From positions 124,001 to 188,000 of the forward strand of contig LSRY02000025.1 of the NCBI GenBank assembly GCA_001643675.2: 64,000 nucleotides of DNA, in the 5' to 3' direction. The notes under the pieces are model-generated. The model was not told the origin of the DNA, did not search any database, and was given only the letters and a program-made list of their open reading frames with translations. Below are positions 58,001 through 64,000 of this stretch, piece after piece. Source of the DNA: Monocercomonoides exilis PA203 (lineage: Eukaryota > Protista > Preaxostyla). The position numbers and the translations under genes are program-made. How positions within the stretch are numbered: position 1 is the first letter of the stretch; each line of letters starts with the position of its first letter.

Positions 58001-61000
58001 ACAATCACCGTCATTGGCTACTTGTTCTCCATCTTCTGCTTCTTCTGTTCTATTCCCCGAAACCAATTCTTCTTCCCCTTCTTCTTCACTGAATGCAACA
58101 GTGTCAACCAATAATTCCCCTCAAAAAGACAATCTTCGCTCCGAATTGAAAAAGCTATTGTTTCCACTCAAATTGCCTTTTCTTTCGTCTGATAACTGTT
58201 CAACAAAGTCAAATTCACATCGAATGTTTGATTTTTCTCCAAAATCTGCAAAGAGCAAAAGCGAAAAAGATGATAATTTAATCAGTCAGTTGCAAAACAT
58301 TGCAGTTAATGAAGGGAAATTACCAAATAATACAACAGCAAAGCCATCAGAGCTTTTATCTTCTTCCATTTTTTCAGAAAATATGTCTCCATCGCTTTTA
58401 TTGCAGACTTCTTCTCCTTCCTCAAAAACTTTATTTGCGACTTCTTCTTCTTCTTCTCTTGAGGATAGTCAGATGGCATCTTCATCCGCTTTTTCCGTTT
58501 TGGATGAAATAGCTAAGTCAACAAAGGCATCTCATATGAAAAATCAAAAGAACAGCAAATCATTTTCTTCAGGCAATAAATCAACAAATTCCTTTTCGAA
58601 TTCTCAGCAATATTTCGATGAAATGATAGAAAAGAACAAGAAAGGTTTTGTGAGTGATACATCTGAGCCATCAAAGAGCAGGAAAAACACGAAAAGGAAT
58701 TTAAACAAGGGGAAGTTGCAAAACTCCAATGCTTCTGTGGATAATGATCTCAATGAAGGAAATTCTGAAAGTTCAATTCTCAAAGAAATATTAATGGACA
58801 ATAACACATTTAGTGAAACAAGTGGATTATTGCCATTCACACAAGAACAAATTGAACTGAGTGGGCAATATGATCAATACACACAACAACCAGAAATTCT
58901 GTCTCAAATGCATGGTTCTGCTTTTCCTGCGAACGAGTTAATGTCAGATGCCAAAGCAAGCAATGGAGCTGCGGAATATGGTTTATCAGTGTGGAATGGC
59001 ATAACTGTTGCTGATTCACAGCAAGCAATGGAAGAAGATGCAATCAATCTTTCAACAGAAGCAAGATCAAACTCGAATCCATCTTCGAGAAGGAGGAAGA
59101 AAGTGATCAAGGTGACACACACAGAAAGAATGCCAAGCGGAGATACGATTGTCAGTGTGCTGTTCATAAGAGAAGGGAAAGTTGTGGAGCAGATTGACAA
59201 ATTGACAAAGATTAAGCAGAAGAAATGGTGGATTAAAGGAGTTGTGCCGTCTGAGGACGAAGTGATTGGGAAAAGGATTGATTTCAACATAAGACAATTA
59301 AAACAATCGAGAACAAAATGGGAGAGGAAAAGAGAGATGATTCTATTAAAATTGAATGAGAGAAGCAACGAACTTTTGGAAGAGGCTATTAAAGAGAAGA
59401 TGAGTGAAGAAGGTTATTTGACAGAGGAAGACAAATTATTTGTAATCTCACAGACCAATGGAAAATATGATAGTGTTAATTCTTCAACTGAACTTGGTTC
59501 ACTTTCTTTAGAATCACCTTGCATTCCTCTATCAGAGCGTGTCAATGTGATGGTACTGACTGACGAACCATTCCAGCTTTTATTAGCGTCTGTGCAGAGA
59601 ATTGAAGAGTGCATGCTAATTCATTCGATGCTGCTCACAGCGATGGAAGCAGACGGAGCAAAAGTGATGAGCATGTTGAATGGAATGGGCACGAAAATAA
59701 TAGAAGTGTTTGGACTTGAAGGGCTGGCTCTGGATGGAGATAATATGGATATTAGAATTGAAGATGGCAGTGCATTAGATGAAGAGGAGGAAGAGGAAGA
59801 GAACAGCGACAACAACATATTCAGACTCTGGCATAAGCGCCCAGCAAAAAGTAAGAAAAGAAACAACAGAAAGTCCTTCTCTTCTTCTCTAGCTTCTGGT
59901 TCAACTTCTCAAATCTCACATTTCCCGAACTCAAGAGTCTGCAGCGCATGCCATCGGCCTGGTCATTTGCCGACTCATAGAACATGTCCAATGTATCTAA
60001 GGAATTTGGAAGCGTCTTTGCAAAAGCAGATGCAAAGTGGAGAGATTACAGAAGAAGAAGCACTGAAAACAATGAGAATTGAAAGGAAGAAGGTGAATCA
60101 TTCTCTTTCTACAAGAAGATGGAAGCTTTTGATGAGGAATGGTGGGAAAAGCGTTAGAGACAAGAAGATCAGTAGAGGAATTCGCAACAAAAGAGCACGA
60201 TTGAACAAGATCATGCTTCGAATGGAAGGCATTGAAACAACAGATTCTGAATCTCCGGAGAGTGATGGCTTTGAGAAAGCAGTCGATGGGAAATGTTGGG
60301 AAAAGAGTTACAATGCAAGAGAAAATGAAGGAGATGGCAATGATGAAGAGGATGGGAAGAAAGTTGGTGACAATGAAGACAGCTTTGATGCGTTTGATGT
60401 GTTTACTGATGATGAGGATGTGTATGGAGATGAAGATCTTGTGTTTGTGCCATCAACTGGCAGGCGATCTTCAGGAAAACGAAACAAAGACGAAAAGAAA
60501 GAAGAACAAAAGAAAGAGATGAATTCAAAGTCTGATGAATCTGAGTCACAGAATGAAGAAAATAAATCAAAGAAATTGTCTGATGAAACCGGAAAGGATG
60601 GAAGAGAAGCAGATAATGAAAAAAGCAAAGAACAAGAGAGATTAGATTCAATTCTTTCTAAGACTAAATCAAACAATGGAGATAAAAGAATGAAAAAGGA
60701 TGCAAAAGCTAAAAAAGCGAATTCTTCGACAAAGGGCAGTTTAAGATCATCATCAAAAAAGCAATCTTCAAAAAATACAAAAGCAAAAGCAAAGGAGGGA
60801 AAGAAAAAGAAAACCAGTTCAAACTCTCATTCAAAGAATCCAAATGAAGAAGAAAATAAGGAAAGCACAAATGATGAGAAAGAAAAGAATGAAATGCCCC
60901 AGAGTTCAGATGGCGCAGATGGCAATAGCAATAAAAGAAAAAGTAAAGAGGAATTCTCATATTATTCGTTATCAGACTATTATCCTGGGAATATCAGTAA

Positions 61001-62651
61001 ATCAAATAGAGGCAAGAAAGACAACACAGAACAGGACAAAGTGAATGCTCAGGACTCAAATTGGGTGTTTAGGATTAGTACGAAGCGGATAGCATACGAA
61101 GAATTTATGGCAGCAGCTGTCAGCTGGCGACAGATTTGGCTGTCGCAGAAAGAAGAAATGGAGAGGAAGTGGGCGGAAGAAGAGGAAAAGAAGAAAACAG
61201 AAGCTGTGCTAATTGACGAAGATGACGATGATGGAGATGATGATGGGTTCGCCTCTCCACCTCGACCTCGATGCATGAAAGAGATGGATGCACCGATCAT
61301 GACACAGAGGACACAGCTGATTCTGCCATTGGACAAGACATCGCCAACAAATCTTGTCATTCCTCGAGAGCAGCAAATAGTGTCACAGAGAATCGAAATG
61401 CTATCTGAACCTTCTTTCTCCTCGTTTGCAAGTCAATCACAAATGTTTGATGATTTTAGCCAAATTGAATCACAAGCAGCCGATTCCTCGCTGGATTCTT
61501 ATGCATTTTCTTCTCTCATTCAGACCAGAGGAGGAAGAGCGACTGTGCCAAGAAGATGGAAGAATGAGCCATTGATAGAGCTGAATACGCAATTTGAGAA
61601 TGTTGTGCGATATCTGAAAGTGTCCTCATATGGCACGTGGTTCCTTCGCCCTGTGACTGGAAAAGATGCGCCTGGTTATTATTCAGTTGTGAAGCATCCA
61701 ATTGACTTGAGCATCATCCAAAACAAGTGCCGACAGCGAATGTATCTGAACAGACAGGCGTTTCTGAATGATCTCTATCAGATTGCACATAACGCCCATT
61801 TGTACAGTGACAAGATATCTGAAAGTGAGGAAGTTACGAGAGATGCCGACTTGCTTATTGAAGCTGCAGAGTACGACTTCTTCAAGCGGAACAGGATGTT
61901 TGAGAAGATGGAGAGGAAAGTGGAGATGTGGATAGCAGAGATGGAGAAGGCAGTTGAAGGAGAAGAATGTTATGACGAGACTTTCACAGGAAGCACAGGC
62001 ACACAAAATTATGATTCACAACCTGAAAATGCAGCAGCTGAAGCTTTAGTTAATGGGCGAAGAAGGGATGGAGTGATAAGCATGGTTTCTGTAGATCAAA
62101 GCCAAAACAAAAGAAAAGTTGTGATTGAATCCACATTTGAATCGCTGCTGATATTACGAAAAAAGAGCAAAAGAAAGACCGAAGAGCAGAAACGTATTGA
62201 CAGAATCAAAAGTATCAAAAGGCATGAAGAAATCAAAGCAAAAAGAGCCCAAAAGCTACAAAGGGAAAAAGAAAGGCATGAAAGATCGAGGCAGAAGTAC
62301 AGAGAGAAGAAGGAGAAGGTTCAAAAGGAGAAAGAAGAGTTTGCACAGTTATCTCAGATTCTGGAGCAGATTGATTGTATGGGAGAGAGTGTGAAGAAGA
62401 CAAAGCATTGTTCATCTTCTCGCAAGCAGACAACACCAAAAAGGAAAAATGAAGGAAATAAGAGAAATGTTTTGGCTGATCAGGAATTTATGAGCAGCAG
62501 AAGGGAGATGATGGATTCATCTATGGCAAGTGAAAGCGCAGCAAATGATGCTTCTTTGGATGAAGAGCACCAAGTTGACGAATTAGAACGACTTTTATCA
62601 ACGCTCACTTCAATTAGTTACTCGACAGATCCGTTAGAAGCAATTCAATGA
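46562..62651 (+). CDS. TAF1: TFIID subunit 1 (TAF1), hugely expanded (>5200 aa)
   Basis: DUF3591 blocks (LFEYVEENPLFVSNNGMATKLYHYYRK; IENNMFKAPVVKHELENTDFLVV; LPSSEELRQLLSPEDECAYQSM; GVGDPTGTGHGFSFVR), zinc knuckle CSACHRPGHLPTHRTCP (~59940-59990) and a bromodomain (~61570-61900). Probable short 5' exons from ATG 46562 (MKNNLIKFIFGENEEYDD, TAND-like) splice onto ORF 46938..62651. Confidence 0.93.
55025..55090 (+). repeat. (AAT)n microsatellite encoding poly-Asn within TAF1
   Basis: Direct observation. Confidence 0.9.
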
Positions 62652-63212
62652 AGAAAATATTCGTCTTATTTTTCATATGTGATAAATCGGTTATGTATTT
62701 ATTATCTTCTTTTGTGATTAGAAATTTCATAGTTCGTTGATTTTGGATTGTATTTGATGTTTTTCATATAACTTTTTTCTGTTTCATTTTTCAATTTTAT
62801 TGTTTTATTTGTTAGTTTTCTATGTTTGAATTAGCTGTTGAAAAAGAACAAAAAATCTTAATTTGTAACAGTGGAAAAGGTTTTTTTGGAAATGTTTAAA
62901 AAGAAATGGTGAAGATGTTAAAAGAAATAAACAAAAACATTTTAAATTTACATAATCTGATGATTGTAATAACAATAATAATAATAATTAATGCATAAAT
63001 AGTTGTTTGCTTCCTTTAAAAAAATAGAGAAAAAACATAAATAGAGGCAAAAAAGGAAAACAAGAACAAAAAAATAATAAAGAATGTAATATCAAAAAAA
63101 TAAGTAGCGCAACATTAGCTTTTAACATATATAAAAATAAAACCAACAATTTCAATACAAATAGAAATGAAGAAATCGAAAGAATTGTTGTAATATCTCA
63201 TATTTCTCACAT

Positions 63213-64000
63213 TCACAGCTGCTTTTTTGACGCATCTGTCTCATATTCTTGCGAAATTGTCTGAGGAGGTGCTTTCTGTTGGCCTAACTGTTCTTCTTTG
63301 CCTTTGTGTGGGGACATCAATTTCTGAATCACCTCAGGCAAATCCAAATCTGTCTGGTCGAAATAATCTGGCACTTTCATTCCCAATGTGACAGATGCGA
63401 ATTTATACGCAATTTCGTTTTCCCCAAAAACATCTGCCTCGTTCATTTCTTCTTCTTCCAGTTCCTTCTGTCTCTGCTCTGCCTCCTGCCTCGACTTCTC
63501 CCGCTCAGCCAGCAGCTTCTCCATCTTCACTTTCCGTCTCTTTCTCCTCTCCGCCCTATCCAATTTGTCTTCTTCCTCATCTTCTTTGTCTTGTATCTGC
63601 TGGGCAAGGTCGTTTTGCATCCTCCGCAGTTGTGTAATCTTCCGAATTGCGATTAAAATGCAGATAAGCAGTATGATAAAGGCAGCCACACAGCAACAGA
63701 TAGAGATGGCCTCAAGAGAACTGAGGGGCACTGATGATGAGGTGGATCGTGAGAAATGAGCTGTCGATGAAAGAAATGAAGATCTGGAGAATTTGAATAT
63801 GAAATTTAGAGAGGAAAGAAACGAAGAGCGAATAGAATTACATAAAAGTGAAGTGTTTGTAAATAAATAATTCATCACAAAGGAGAATTCCCTTGACATC
63901 TTCAACAAAAAGCTGTTTGAGGTGGGTGAATTTGATTTTGATTTTGAATTTTTGGATATGTCTGACCGTATCAACCATTCATTGTGCACTTCTTTGTTGT
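63213..64000 (-). CDS. C-terminal part of single-pass membrane protein (TM plus charged coiled coil); continues beyond window
   Basis: TM AISICCCVAAFIILLICILIAI followed by a charged helical tail. The frame is open to the window edge. Confidence 0.7.
   Translation of the reverse strand, partial: NKEVHNEWLIRSDISKNSKSKSNSPTSNSFLLKMSREFSFVMNYLFTNTSLLCNSIRSSFLSSLNFIFKFSRSSFLSSTAHFSRSTSSSVPLSSLEAISICCCVAAFIILLICILIAIRKITQLRRMQNDLAQQIQDKEDEEEDKLDRAERRKRRKVKMEKLLAEREKSRQEAEQRQKELEEEEMNEADVFGENEIAYKFASVTLGMKVPDYFDQTDLDLPEVIQKLMSPHKGKEEQLGQQKAPPQTISQEYETDASKKQL

Noticed and set aside
47132-62439. Dozens of antisense and alternate-frame ORFs inside TAF1 (likewise within 16094-24661, 25242-28823, 34052-36052 and 43356-44885)
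   Set aside because: Shadow ORFs caused by low-complexity, stop-poor sequence of the real genes.

Overview
AT-rich eukaryotic genomic DNA with short spliceosomal introns, the standard genetic code and heavy GAA/TTC microsatellite expansion inside genes. The gene style strongly suggests an oxymonad such as Monocercomonoides (inference, not verified). 1-6060 is the decaying remnant of a Maverick/Polinton-like endogenous virus: penton-like 3' end, Prim-Pol primase plus SF3/D5 helicase, KilA-N, a conserved hypothetical gene and a fibre-like gene. Its primase-helicase gene is bracketed by a 224-bp ungapped inverted repeat with five iteron-like sites per arm. Three of those sites are coordinately switched (GGAGCAAG vs GGCACA(A/T)G) between the arms; this is the most unusual signal in the window. 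6-15.5 kb and 30.2-33.6 kb are graveyards of multicopy pseudogene fragments, with a MITE and an intact-looking IS630/Tc1 element. Host genes: a 2855-aa Pmp-like beta-helix receptor with a C-lobe-only pseudokinase, a divergent importin-alpha-like gene lacking the NLS-binding Trp array, U5 snRNA, an AzgA-family purine permease, tRNA-Lys(TTT), a SUC/SLC45-like MFS transporter, a giant (>5200 aa) TAF1 and a partial membrane protein. A complete 4.4-kb hAT element with an 8-bp TSD and an intron-containing transposase lies at 36945-41355. All family assignments are by motif recognition by eye; no searches were run.
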